Shown here in pieces: positions 11,212 through 26,455 of a stretch of DNA of 64,000 nucleotides (positions within the stretch are counted from its first letter, which is position 1; the number at the start of each line of letters is the position of its first letter). The stretch covers positions 6,538 through 70,537 of the forward strand of contig NW_021836176.1 of NCBI RefSeq assembly GCF_006345805.1, in the 5' to 3' direction. A program made the translations under genes and the position numbers. The notes below the pieces were generated by a model. The model worked only from the letters and a program-made list of their open reading frames with translations. It made no database searches and was not told where the DNA came from. Origin of the DNA: Octopus sinensis (lineage: Eukaryota).

Positions 11212-13679
11212 TTAACCCTTTAGCATTTAAACCAACCATATCGTGCTCAAATATCCGACAGGGTTTACATTTGACCCAGCAAGATCCAGCCTCTCACACC
11301 TACCCTACAATGTCATTCTAAAAATAAACAATCACATCATTGAAATCTCAAATCTATGAGATAATGCATGATTAATTCAAAACAAGGCCAGATCCATCCT
11401 CTCACACCTACCCTACAATGTCATTCTAAAAATAAACAATCACATCATTGAAATCTCAAATCTATGAGATAATGCATGATTAATTCAAAACAAGGCCAGA
11501 TCCATCCTCTCACACCTACCCTACAATGTCATTCTAAAACTAAACAATCACATCATGGAAATCTCAAATCTATGAGATAATGCATGATTAATTCAAAACA
11601 AGGCCAGATCCATCCTCTCACACCTACCCTACAATGTCATTCTAAAAATAAACAATCACATCATTGAAATCTCAAAGCTATGAGATAATGCATGATTAAT
11701 TCAAAACAAGGCCAGTTCCAGCCTCTCACACCTACCCTACAATGTCATGTTAAAAATAAACAATCACATCATTGAAATCTCAAAGCTATGAGATAATGCA
11801 TGATTAATTCAAAACAAGGCCAGATCCATCCTCTCACACCTACCCTACAATGTCATTCTAAAAATAAACAATCACATCATTGAAATCTCAAATCTATGAG
11901 ATAATGCATGATTAATTCAAAACAAGGCCAGATCCATCCTCTCACACCTACCCTACAATGTCATTCTAAAAATAAACACATCATCATTGAAATCTCAATC
12001 TATGAGATAATGCATGATTATTCAAAACAAGGCCAGATCCATCCTCTCACACCTACCCTACAATGTCATTCTAAAACTAAACAATCACATCATGGAAATC
12101 TCAAATCTATGAGATAATGCATGATTAATTCAAAACAGGCCAGATCCTCCTCTCACACCTACCCTACAATGTCATTCTAAAAATAAACAATCACATCATT
12201 GAAATCTCAAAGCTATGAGATAATGCATGATTAATTCAAAACAAGGCCAGTTCCAGCCTCTCACACCTACCCTACAATGTCATGTTAAAAATAAACAATC
12301 ACATCATTGAAATCTCAAAGCTATGAGATAATGCATGATTAATTCAAAACAAGGCCAGTTCCAGCCTCTCACACCTACCCTACAATGTCATGTTAAAATT
12401 AAACAATCACATCATTGAAATCTCAAAGCTATGAGATAATGTATGATTAATTCAAAACAAGGCCAGATCCATCCTCTCACACCTACTCTACAATGTCATT
12501 CTAAAAATAAACAATCACATCATTGAAATCTCAAAGATATGAGATAATGCATGATTAATTCAAAACAAGGCCAGATCCATCCTCTCACACCTACCCTACA
12601 ATGTCATTCTAAAAATAAACAATCACATCATTGAAATCTCAAATCTATGAGATAATGCATGATTAATTCAAAACAAGGCCAGATCCATACTCTCACACCT
12701 ACCCTACAATGTCATTCTAAAAATAAACAATCACATCATTGAAATCTCAAAGCTATGAGATAATGCATGATTAATTCAAAACAAGGCCAGATCCATCCTC
12801 TCACACCTACCCTACAATGTCATTCTAAAAATAAACAATCACATCATTGAAATCTCAAATCTATGAGATAATGTATGATTAATTCAAAACAAGGCCAGAT
12901 CCATCCTCTCACACCTACCCTACAATGTCATTCTAAAAATAAACAATCACATCATTGAAATCTCAAATCTATGAGATAATGCATGATTAATTCAAAACAA
13001 GGCCAGATCCATCCTCTCACACCTACCCTACAATGTCATTCTAGAAATAAACAATCACATCATGGAAATCTCAAATCTATGAGATAATGCATGATTAATT
13101 CAAAACAAGGCCAGATCCATCCTCTCACACCTACCCTACAATGTCATTCTAAAAATAAACAATCACATCATTGAAATCTCAAATCTATGAGATAATGCAT
13201 GATTAATTCAAAACAAGGCCAGATCCAGCCTCTCACACCTACCCTACAATGTCATTCTAGAAATAAACAATCACATCATGGAAATCTCAAATCTATGAGA
13301 TAATGCATGATTAATTCAAAACAAGGCCAGATCCAGCCTCTCACACCTACCCTACAATGTCATTCTAAAAATAAACAATCACATCATGGAAATCTCAAAT
13401 CTATGAGATAATGCATGATTAATTCAAAACAAGGCCAGATCCAGCCTCTCACACCTACCCTACAATGTCATTCTAAAAATAAACAATCACATCATGGAAA
13501 TCTCAAAGCTATGAGATAATGCATGATTAATTCAAAACAAGGCCAGATCCATACTCTCACACCTACCTCACAATGTCATTCTAAAAATAAATAATCACAT
13601 CATTGAAATCTCAAAGCTATGAGATAATGCATGATTAATTCAAAACAAGGCTAGATCCAGCCTCTCTCACCTATCCTAC

Positions 13680-14130
13680 AATGTCCCTCTAAATATAAAC
13701 AATCCCTACATTTGTGAGATAGTGTGTGGTTAATTTAAAGCAAAGTGAATAAATAAGAATTATGTTTGACAGTGTATTCTGAATGCTAAGGAGTTAACCC
13801 CGTAGGATTTGAACCAGCAATATGCAGCTGAAATAGTCTGTCTGTTTTATGTTCAAACCAGCTGTGTCTGGCCCCTCACACCTACCCTAAAAAATGTCAT
13901 TTTAAAGAGACAAAAAACAATTGTGTGATTGGAATCTCAAATCTGTAAGAAAATGCATGATTAATTCAAAACAATGGTAAAATTTAAGCTTTATATTTCA
14001 CATCATAGAAATCTTCAAGTTACAAGATAATGCATGATTAATTTGAAACAATAGGACTAAATACGGACTACATTTGACAGAATAATATGAATTTTATTTC
14101 AGTTATGTTCAAACTGCCCAGATCCATCCT
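13680..14130 (+). repeat. Junction block 1 (MITE right end / TTAA 13794-13797 / MITE left end, plus degenerate units)
   Basis: ctgaatgctaaggagTTAAccccgtaggatttgaacc compared with the solitary MITE ends ...gaacactaaagggTTAA and TTAAccctttagcattcaaacc. Confidence 0.85.
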
Positions 14131-17100
14131 CTCACTCATACCCTACAATGTCATTCTTAAAATAAATAATCACATCTTTGAAATCTCAACGCTATGAGAT
14201 AATGCATGATTAATTCAAAACAAGGCCACATCCTGCCTCTCACACCTACCCTACGATGTCATTCTCAAATAAAAACAATCACATCATTGAAATCTCAAAG
14301 CTATGAGATAATGCATGTTTAATTCAAAAAAAGGCCAGATCCAGCTTCTCACACCTACCCTACAATGTCATTCTAAAAATAAACAATCACATCATTGAAA
14401 TCTCAAAGCTATGAGATAATGCATGATTAATTCAAAACAAGGCCACCTCTTGCCTCTCACACCTACCCTACGATGTCATTCTCAAATAAAAACAATCACA
14501 TCATTGAAATCTCAAAGCTATGAGATATTGCATGATTAATTCAAAACAAAGCTTGATCCAGCCTCTCACACCTACCCTACAATGTCATTCTAAAATAAAT
14601 AATCACATCATAGAAATCTCAACGCTATGAGATAATGCATGATTAATTCAAAACAAGGCCACCTCCTGCCTCTCACACCTACCCTACAATGTCATTCTAA
14701 AAATAAACAATCACATCATTGAAATCTCAAAGCTGTGAGATAATGCATGATTAATTCAAAACAAGGCTAGATCAAGCCTCTCACACCTACCCTACAATGT
14801 CATTTTAAAATAAACAATCACATCATTGAAATCTCAAAGCTATGAGATAATGCATGATTAATTCAAAACAAGGCCACCTCCTGCCTCTCACACCTACCCT
14901 ACAATGTCATTCTAAAAATAAACAATCACATCATTGAAATCTCAAAGCTGTGAGATAATGCATGATTAATTCAAAACAAGACCAGATCCTGCCTCTCACA
15001 CCTACCTCACAATGTCATTCTAAAAATAAACAATCGCATCATTGAAATCTCAAAGCTATGAGATAATGCATGATTAATTCAAAACAAGACCAGATCCTGC
15101 CTCTCACACCTACCCTACAATGTCATTCTAAAAATAAACAATCACATCATTGAAATCTCAAACTGTGAGATAATGCATGATTAATTCAAAACAAGGCCGG
15201 ATCCTGTCTCTCACACCTACCCTACAATGTCATTCTAAAATAAACAATCTCATCATTGAAATCTCAAGAAGTGAGATAATGCATGATTAATTCAAAACAA
15301 GGCCAGATCCTGTCTCTCACACCAACCCTACAATGTCATTCTAAAAATAAACAATCACATCATTGAAATCTCAAAGCTATAAGATAATGCATGATTAATT
15401 TAAAACAAGGCCAGATCCTGTCTCTCACACCTACCCTACAATGTCATTCTAAAAATAAACAATCTCATCATTGAAATCTCAAAGCTGTGAGATAATGCAT
15501 GATAAATTCAAAACAAGTCCAGATCCTGTCTCTCACACCTACCCTACAATGTCATTCTAAAAATAAACAATCACATCATTGAAATCTCAAAGCTATGAGA
15601 TAATACATGATTAATTCAAAACAAGGCCAGATCCTGTCTCTCACACCTACCCTACAATGTCATTCTAAAAATAAACAATCACATCATTGAAATCTCAAAG
15701 CTATGAGATAATGCATGATTAATTCAAAACAAGGCCGGATCCTGTCTCTCACACCTACCCTACAATGTCATTCTAAAAATAAACAATCACATCATTGAAA
15801 TCTCAAAGCTATGAGATAATGCATGATTAATTCAAAACAAGGCCAGATCCTGTCTCTCACACCTACCCTACAATGTCATTCTAAAAATAAACAATCACAT
15901 CATTGAAATCTCAAAGCTATGAGATAATGCATGATTAATTCAAAACAAGTCCAGATCCTGTCTCTCACACCTACCCTACAATGTCATTCTAAAAATAAAC
16001 AATCTCATCATAGAAATCTCAAAGCTATGAGATAATGCATGATTAATTCAAAACGAGGCCACCTCCTGCCTCTCACACCTACCCTACAATGTCATTCTAA
16101 AATTAAACAATCTCATCATTGAAATATCAAAGCTATGAGATAATGCATGAGTAATTCAAAATAAGGCCACATCCAGCCTCTCACACCTACCCTACAATGT
16201 CATTCTAAAAATAAACAATCACATCATTGAAATCTCAAAGCTATGAGATAATGCATGATTAATTCAAAACAAGGCCAGATCCAGCCTCTCACACCTACCC
16301 TACAATGTCATTCTAAAAATAAACAATCACATCATTGAAATCTGAAATCTATGAGATAATGCATGATTAATTCAAAACAAGGCCAGATCCAGCCTCTCAC
16401 ACCTACCCTACAATGTCATTCTAAAAATAAACAATCACATCATTGAAATCTCAAATCTATGAGATAATGCATGATTAATTCAAAACAAGGCCAGATCCAT
16501 CCTGTCACACCTACCCTACAATGTCATTCTAAAAATAAACAATCACATCATGGAAATCTCAAAGCTATGAGATAATGCATGATTAATTCAAAACAAGGCC
16601 AGATCCATCCTCTCACACCTACCCTACAATGTCATTCTAAAAATAAACAATCACATCATTGAAATCTCAAATCTATGAGATAATGCATGATTAATTCAAA
16701 ACAATGCCACATCCATCCTCTCACACCTACCCTACAATGTCATTCTGAAAATAAACAATCACATCATGGAAATCTCAAATCTATGAGATAATGCATGATT
16801 AATTCAAAACAAGGCCAGATCCAGCCTCTCACACCTACCCTACAATGTCATTCTAAAAATAAACAATCACATCATTGAAATCTCAAAGATATGAGATAAT
16901 GCATGATTAATTCAAAACAAGGCCAGATCCATCCTCTCACACCTACCCTACAATGTCATTCTAAAAATAAACAATCACATCATTGAAATCTCAAAGATAT
17001 GAGATAATGCATGATTAATTCAAAACAAGGCCAGATCCATCCTCTCACACCTACCCTACAATGTCATTCTAAAAATAAACAATCACATCATTGAAATCTC

Positions 17101-17389
17101 AAATCTATGAGATAATGCATGATTAATTCAAAACAAGGCCAGATCCAGCCTCTCACACCTACCCTACAATGTCATTCTAAAAATAAACAATCACATCATG
17201 GAAATCTCAAAGCTATGAGATAATGCATGATTAATTCAAAACAAGGCCAGATCCATCCTCTCACACCTACCTCACAATGTCATACTAAAAATAAATAATC
17301 ACATCATTGAATTCTCAAAGCTATGAGATAATGCATGATTAATTCAAAACAAGGCTAGATCCAGCCTCTCTCACCTATCCTACAATGTC

Positions 17390-17840
17390 CCTCTAAATAT
17401 AAACAATCCCTACATTTGTGAGATAGTGTGTGGTTAATTTAAAGCAAAGTGAATAAATAAGAATTATATTTGACAGTGTATTCTGAATGCTAAGGAGTTA
17501 ACCCCGTAGGATTTGAACCAGCAATATGCAGCTGAAATTGTCTGTCTGTTTTATGTTCAAACCAGCTGTGTCTGGCCCCTCACACCTACCCCTAAAAAAT
17601 GTCATTTTAAAGAGACAAAAAACAATTGTGTGATTGGAATCTCAAATCTGTAAGAAAATGCATGATTAATTCAAAACAATGGTAAAATTTAAGCTTTATA
17701 TTTCACATCATAGAAACCTTAAAGTTACAAGATAATGCATGATTAATTTGAAACAAGAGGACTAAATACGGACTACATTTGACAGAATAATATGAATTTT
17801 ATTTCAGTTATGTTCAAACTGCCCAGATCCATCCTCTCAC
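17390..17840 (+). repeat. Junction block 2 (TTAA 17498-17501)
   Basis: Near-identical to block 1. Confidence 0.85.
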
Positions 17841-19474
17841 TCATACCCTACAATGTCATTCTTAAAATAAATAATCACATCTTTGAAATCTCAACGCTAT
17901 GAGATAATGCATGATTAATTCAAAACAAGGCCACATCCTGCCTCTCACACCTACGATGTCATTCTCAAATAAAAACAATCACATCATTGAAATCTCAAAG
18001 CTATGAGATAATGCATGATTAATTCAAAACAAGGCCAGATCCAGCTTCTCACACCTACCCTACAATGTCATTCTAAAAATAAACAAGCACATCATTGAAA
18101 TCTCATAGCTATGAGATAATGCATGATTAATTCAAAACAAGACCGGATCCTGCCTCTCACACCAACCCTACAATGTCATTCTAAAAATAAATAATCACAT
18201 CATTGAAATCTCAAAGCTATAAGATAATGCATGATTAATTCAAAACAAGGCCAGATCCATCCTCTCACACCTACCCTACAATGTCATTCTAAAAATAAAC
18301 AATCACATCATTGAAATCTCAAAGCTATGAGATAATGCATTATTAATTCAAAACAAGGCCAGATCCTGCCTCTCACACTTACCCTACAATGTCATTCTAA
18401 AAATAAACAATCACATCATTGAAATCTCAAAGCCGTGAGATAATGCATGATTAATTCAAAACAAGGCCAGATCCTGCCTCTCACACCTACCCTACAATGT
18501 CATTCTAAAAATAAACAATCACATCATTGAAATCACAAAGCTGTGAGATAATGCATGAATAATTCAAAACAAGGCCGGATCCTGTCTCTCACACCTACCT
18601 CACAATGTCATTCTAAAAATAAACAATCGCATCATTGAAATCTCAAAGCTATGAGATAATGCATGATTAATTCAAAACAAGACCAGATCCTGCCTCTCAC
18701 ACCTACCCTACAATGTCATTCTAAAAATAAACAATCACTTCATTGAAATCTCAAAGCTGTGAGATAATGCATGATTAATTCAAAACAAGGCCAGATCCTG
18801 TCTCTCACACCTACCCTACAATGTCATTCTAAAAATAAACAATCACATAATTGAAATCTCAAAGCTGTGAGATAATGCATGATTAATTCAAAACAAGGCC
18901 AGATCCAGTCTCTCACACCTGCCCTACAATGTCATTCTAAAAATAAACAATCACATCATTGAAATCTCAAAGCTGTGAGATAATGCATAATTAATTCAAA
19001 ACAAGACTAGATCCTGTCTCTCACACCTACCCTACAATGTCATTCTAAAAATAAACAATCACATCATTGAAATCTCAAAGCTGTGAGATAATGCATGATT
19101 AATTCAAAACAAGGCCGGATCCTGTCTCTCACACCTACCCTACAATGTCATTCTAAAAATAAACAATCTCATCATTGAAATCTCAAATCTATGAGATAAT
19201 GCATGATTAATTCAAAACAAGGCCAGATCCAGCCTCTCACACCTACCCTACAATGTCATTCTAAAAATAAACAATCACATCATGGAAATCTCAAAGCTAT
19301 GAGATAATGCATGATTAATTCAAAACAAGGCCAGATCCATCCTCTCACACCTACCTCACAATGTCATACTAAAAATAAATAATCACATCATTGAAATCTC
19401 AAAGCTATGAGATAATGCATGATTAATTCAAAACAAGGCTAGATCCAGCCTCTCTTACCTATCCTACAATGTCC

Positions 19475-19925
19475 CTCTAAATATGAACAATCCCTACATT
19501 TGTGAGATAGTGTGTGGTTAATTTAAAGCAAAGTGAATAAATAAGAATTATGTTTGACAGTGTATTCTGAATGCTAAGGAGTTAACCCCGTAGGATTTGA
19601 ACCAGCAATATGCAGCTGAAATAGTCTGTCTGTTTAATGTTCAAACCAGCTGTGTCTGGCCCCTCACACCTACCCCTAAAAAATGTCATTTTAAAGAGAC
19701 AAAAAACAATTGTGTGATTGGAATCTCAAATCTGTAAGAAAATGCATGATTAATTCAAAACAATGGTAAAATTTAAGCTTTATATTTCACATCATAAAAA
19801 CCTTAAAGTTACAAGATAATGCATGATTAATTTGAAACAATAGGACTAAATACGGACTACATTTGACAGAATAATATGAATTTTATTTCAGTTATGTTCA
19901 AACTGCCCAGATCCATCCTCTCACT
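19475..19925 (+). repeat. Junction block 3 (TTAA 19582-19585)
   Basis: Near-identical to block 1. Confidence 0.85.
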
Positions 19926-22900
19926 CATACCCTACAATGTCATTCTTAAAATAAATAATCACATCTTTGAAATCTCAACGCTATGAGATAATGCATGATT
20001 AATTCAAAACAAGGCGACATCCTGCCTCTCACACCTACGATGTCATTCTCAAATAAAAACAATCACATCATTGAAATCTCAAAGCTATGAGATAATGCAT
20101 GATTAATTCAAAACAAGGCCAGATCCAGCTTCTCACACCTACCCTACAATGTCATTCTAAAAATAAACAAGCACATCATTGAAATCTCATAGCTATGAGA
20201 TAATGCATGATTAATTCAAAACAAGACCGGATCCTGCCTCTCACACCAACCCTACAATGTCATTCTAAAAATAAATAATCACATCATTGAAATCTCAAAG
20301 CTATAAGATAATGCATGATTAATTCAAAACAAGGCCAGATCCATCCTCTCACACCAACCCTACAATGTCATTCTAAAAATAAACAATCACATCATTGAAA
20401 TCTCAAAGCTATGAGATAATGCATGATTAATTCAAAACAAGGCCAGATCCTGCCTCTCACACTTACCCTACAATGTCATTCTAAAAATAAACAATCACAT
20501 CATTGAAATCTCAAAGCCGTGAGATAATGCATGATTAATTCAAAACAAGGCCAGATCCTGCCTCTCACACCTACCCTACAATGTCATTCTAAAAATAAAC
20601 AATCACATCATTGAAATCACAAAGCTGTGAGATAATGCATGATTAATTCAAAACAAGGCCGGATCCTGCCTCTCACACCTACCTCACAATGTCATTCTAA
20701 AAATAAACAATCGCATCATTGAAATCTCAAAGCTATGAGATAATGCATGATTAATTCAAAACAAGACCAGATCCTGCCTCTCACACCTACCCTACAATGT
20801 CATTCTAAAAATAAACAATCACTTCATTGAAATCTCAAAGCTGTGAGATAATGCATGATTAATTCAAAACAAGGCCAGATCCTGTCTCTCACACCTACCC
20901 TACAATGTCATTCTAAAAATAAACAATCACATCATTGAAATCTCAAAGCTGTGAGATAATGCATGATTAATTCAAAACAAGGCCAGATCCTGTCTCTCAC
21001 ACCTGCCCTACAATGTCATTCTAAAAATAACAATCACATCATTGAAATCTCAAAGCTGTGAGATAATGCATAATTAATTCAAAACAAGACTAGATCCTGT
21101 CTCTCACACCTACCCTACAATGTCATTCTAAAAATAAACAATCACATCATTGAAATCTCAAAGCTGTGAGATAATGCATGATTAATTCAAAACAAGGCCG
21201 GATCCTGTCTCTCACACCTACCCTACAATGTCATTCTAAAAATAAACAATCTCATCATTGAAATCTCAAGACTGTGAGATAATGCATGATTAATTCAAAA
21301 CAAGGCCAGATCCTGTCTCTCACACCAACCCTTCAATGTCATTCTAAAAATAAACAATCACATCATTGAAATCTCAAAGCTGTGAGATAATGCATGATTA
21401 ATTCAAAACAAGGCCAGATCCTGTCTCTCACACCAACCCTACAATGTCATTCTAAAAATAAACAATCACATCATTGAAATCTCAAAGCTGTGAGATAATG
21501 CATGACTAATTCAAAACAAGGCCAGATCCTGTCTCTCACACCAACCCTACAATGTCATTCTAAAAATAAACAATCACATCATTGAAATCTCAAAGCTGTG
21601 AGATAATGCATGATTAATTCAAAACAAGGCCAGATCCTGTCTCTCACACCAACCCTACAATGTCATTCTAAAAATAAACAATCACATCATTGAAATCTCA
21701 AAGCTGTGAGATAATGCATGACTAATTCAAAACAAGGCCAGATCCTGTCTCTCACACCAACCCTACAATGTCATTCTAAAAATAAACAATCACATCATTG
21801 AAATCTCAAAGCTGTGAGATAATGCATGACTAATTCAAAACAAGGCCAGATCCTGTCTCTCACACCAACCCTACAATGTCATTCTAAAAATAAACAATCA
21901 CATCATTGAAATCTCAAAGCTGTGAGATAATGCATGACTAATTCAAAACAAGGCCAGATCCTGTCTCTCACACCAACCCTACAATGTCATTCTAAAAATA
22001 AACAATCACATCATTGAAATCTCAAAGCTATAAGATAATGCATGATTAATTCAAAACAAGGCCAGATCATGCCTCTCACACCTACCCTACAATGTCATTC
22101 TAAAAATAAACAATCACATCATTGAAATCTCAAAGCTATGAGATAATGCATGATTAATTCAAAACAAGGCCAGCTCCTGTCTCTCACACCTACCCTACAA
22201 TGTCATTCTAAAAATAAACAATCTCATCATTGAAATCTCAAAGCTGTGAGATAATGCATGATTAATTCAAAACAAGTCCAGATCCTGTCTCTCACACCTA
22301 CCCTACAATGTCATTCAAAAAATAAACAATCACATCATTGAAATCTCAAAGCTATGAGATAATGCATGATTAATTCAAAACAAGGCCAGATCCTGCCTCT
22401 CACACCCACCCTACAATGTCATTCTTAAAATAAACAATTTCATCATAGAAATCTCAAAGCTATGAGATAATGCATGATTAATTCAAAACGAGGCCACCTC
22501 CTGCCTCTCACACCTACCCTACAATGTCATTCTAAAATTAAACAATCTCATCATTGAAATCTCAAAGCTATGAGATAATGCATGAGTAATTCAAAACAAG
22601 GCCGGATCCTGTCTCTCACACCTACCCTACAATGTCATTCTAAAATTAAACAATCGCATCATTGAAATCTCAAAGCTATGAGATAATGCATGATTAATTC
22701 AAAACAAGGCCAGATCCTGCCTATCACACCTATCTCACAATGTCATTCTAAAAATAAACAATCACATCATTGAAATCTCAAAGCTATGAGATAATGCATG
22801 ATTAATTCAAAACAAGGCTAGATCCAGCCTCTCACACCTACTCTACAATGTCATTCTAAAAATAAACAATCACATCATGGAAATCTCAAAGCTATGAGAT

Positions 22901-23069
22901 AATGCATGATTAATTCAAAACAAGGCCAGATCCATCCTCTCACACCTACCTCACAATGTCATACTAAAAATAAATAATCACATCATTGAAATCTCAAAGC
23001 AATGATATAAGCATGATTAATGCATTAATTCAAACAAGGCTATCCAGCCTCTCTCACCTATCCTACAAT

Positions 23070-23520
23070 GTCCCTCTAAATATAAACAATCCCTACATTG
23101 TGAGATAGTGTGTGGTTAATTTAAAGCAAAGTGAATAAATAAGATTATGTTTGACAGTGTATTCTGAATGCTAAGGAGTTAACCCCGTAGGATTTGAACC
23201 AGCAATATGCAGCTGAAATAGTCTGTCTGTTTTATGTTCAAACCAGCTGTGTCTGGCCCCTCACACCTACCCCTAAAAACGTCATTTTAAAGAGACAAAA
23301 AACAATTGTGTGATTGGAATCTCAAATCTGTAAGAAAATGCATGATTAATTCAAAACAATGGTAAAATTTAAGCTTTATATTTCACATCATAGACACCTT
23401 AAAGTTACAAGATAATGCATGATTAATTTGAAACAATAGGACTAAATACGGACTACATATGACAGAATAATATGAATTTTATTTCAGTTATGTTCAAACT
23501 GCCCAGATCCATCCTCTCAC
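23070..23520 (+). repeat. Junction block 4 (TTAA 23179-23182)
   Basis: Near-identical to block 1. Confidence 0.85.
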
Positions 23521-26004
23521 TCATACCCTACAATGTCATTCTTAAAATAAATAATCACATCTTTGAAATCTCAACGCTATGAGATAATGCATGATTAATT
23601 CAAAACAAGGCCACATCCTGCCTCTCACACCTACGATGTCATTCTCAAATAAAAACAATCACATCATTGAAATCTCAAAGCTATGAGATAATGCATGATT
23701 AATTCAAAACAGGCCAGATCCAGCTTCTCACACCTACCCTACAATGTCATTCTAAAAATAAACAAGCACATCATTGAAATCTCATAGCTATGAGATAATG
23801 CATGATTAATTCAAAACAAACCGGATCCTGCCTCTCACACCTACCCTACAATGTCATACTAAAAATAAATAATCACATCATTGAAATCTCAAGCTATAAG
23901 ATAATGCATGATTATTCAAAACAAGGCCAGATCCATCCTCTCACCCTACCCTACAATGTCATTCTAAAAATAAACAATCACATCATTGAAATCTCAAAGC
24001 TATGAGATAATGCATGATTAATTCAAAACAAGGCCAGATCCTGCCTCTCACACTTACCCTACAATGTCATTCTAAAAATAAACAATCACATCATTGAAAT
24101 CTCAAAGCCGTGAGATAATGCATGATTAATTCAAAACAAGGCCAGATCCTGCCTCTCACACCTACCCTACAATGTCATTCTAAAAATAAAGAATCACATC
24201 ATTGAAATCTCAAAGCTGTGAGATAATGCATGATTAATTCAAAACAAGGCCGGATCCTGTCTCTCACACCTACCTCACAATGTCATTCTAAAAATAAACA
24301 ATCGCATCATTGAAATCTCAAAGCTATGAGATAATGCATGATTAATTCAAAACAAGACCAGATCCTGCCTCTCACACCTACCCTACAATGTCATTCTAAA
24401 AATAAACAATCACTTCATTGAAATCTCAAAGCTGTGAGATAATGCATGATTAATTCAAAACAAGGCCAGATCCTGTCTCTCACACCTACCCTACAATGTC
24501 ATTCTAAAAATAAACAATCACATCATTGAAATCTCAAAGCTGTGAGATAATGCATGATTAATTCAAAACAAGGCCAGATCCTGTCTCTCACACCTGCCCT
24601 ACAATGTCATTCTAAAAATAAACAATCACATCATTGAAATCTCAAAGCTGTGAGATAATGCATAATTAATTCAAAACAAGACTAGATCCTGTCTCTCACA
24701 CCTACCCTACAATGTCATTCTAAAAATAAACAATCACATCATTGAAATCTCAAAGCTGTGAGATAATGCATGATTAATTCAAAACAAGGTCGGATCCTGT
24801 CTCTCACACCTACCCTACAATGTCATTCTAAAAATAAACAATCTCATCATTGAAATCTCAAGACTGTGAGATAATGCATGATTAATTCAAAACAAGGCCA
24901 GATCCTGTCTCTCACACCAACCCTACAATGTCATTCTAAAAATAAACAATCACATCATTGAAATCTCAAAGCTGTGAGATAATGCATGATTAATTCAAAA
25001 CAAGACCAGATCCTGTCTCTCACACCAACCCTACAATGTCATTCTAAAAATAAACAATCACATCATTGAAATCTCAAAGCTGTGAGATAATGCATGACTA
25101 ATTCAAAACAAGGCCAGATCCTGTCTCTCACACCAACCCTACAATGTCATTCTAAAAATAAACAATCACATCATTGAAATCTCAAAGCTGTGAGATAATG
25201 CATTTAATTCAAAACAAGGCCAGATCCTGTCTCTCACACCACCCTACAATGTCATTCTAAAAATAAACAATCACATCATTGAATCTCAAAGCTGTGAGAT
25301 AAGGCATGACTAATTCAAAACAAGGCCAGATCCTGTCTCTCACACCAACCCTACAATGTCATTCTAAAAATAAACAATCACATCATTGAAATCTCAAAGC
25401 TGTGAGATAATGCATGACTAATTCAAAACAAGGCCAGATCCTGTCTCTCACACCAACCCTACAATGTCATTCTAAAAATAAACAATCACATCATTGAAAT
25501 CTCAAAGCTGTGAGATAATGCATGACTAATTCAAAACAAGGCCAGATCCTGTCTCTCACACCAACCCTACAATGTCATTCTAAAAATAAACAATCACATC
25601 ATTGAAATCTCAAAGCTATAAGATAATGCATGATTAATTCAAAACAAGGCCAGACCATGCCTCTCACACGTACCCTACAATGTCATTCTAAAAATAAACA
25701 ATCACATCTTTGAAATCTCAAAGCTATGAGATAATGCATGATTAATTCAAAACAAGGCCAGATCCTGTCTCTCACACCTACCCTACAATGTCAATCTAAA
25801 AATAAACAATCACATCATGGAAATCTCAAAGCTATGAGATAATGCATGATTAATTCAAAACAAGGCCAGATCCATCCTCTCACACCTACCTCACAATGTC
25901 ATACTAAAAATAAATAATCACATCATTGAAATCTCAAAGCTATGAGATAATGCATGATTAATTCAAAACAAGGCTAGATCCAGCCTCTCTCACCTATCCT
26001 ACAA

Positions 26005-26455
26005 TGTCCCTCTAAATATAAACAATCCCTACATTTGTGAGATAGTGTGTGGTTAATTTAAAGCAAAGTAAAATAAGAATTATATTTGACAGTGTATTCT
26101 GAATGCTAAGGAGTTAACCCCGAGGATTTGAACCAGCAATATGCAGCTGAAATTGTCTGCTGTTTATGTTCAAACCAGCTGTGTCTGGCCCCTCACACCT
26201 ACCCCTAAAAAATGTCATTTAAAGAGACAAAAAAATTGTGTGATTGGAATCTCAAATCTGTAAGAAAATGCATGATTAATTCAAAACAATGGTAAAATTT
26301 AAGCTTTATATTTCACATCATAGAAACCTTAAAGTTACAAGATAATGCATGATTAATTTGAAAACAAGAGGACTAAATACGGACTACATTTGACAGAATA
26401 ATATGAATTTTATTTCAGTTATGTTCAAACTGCCCAGATCCATCCTCTCACTCAT
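26005..26455 (+). repeat. Junction block 5 (TTAA 26114-26117)
   Basis: Near-identical to block 1, with several single-base deletions. Confidence 0.85.
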
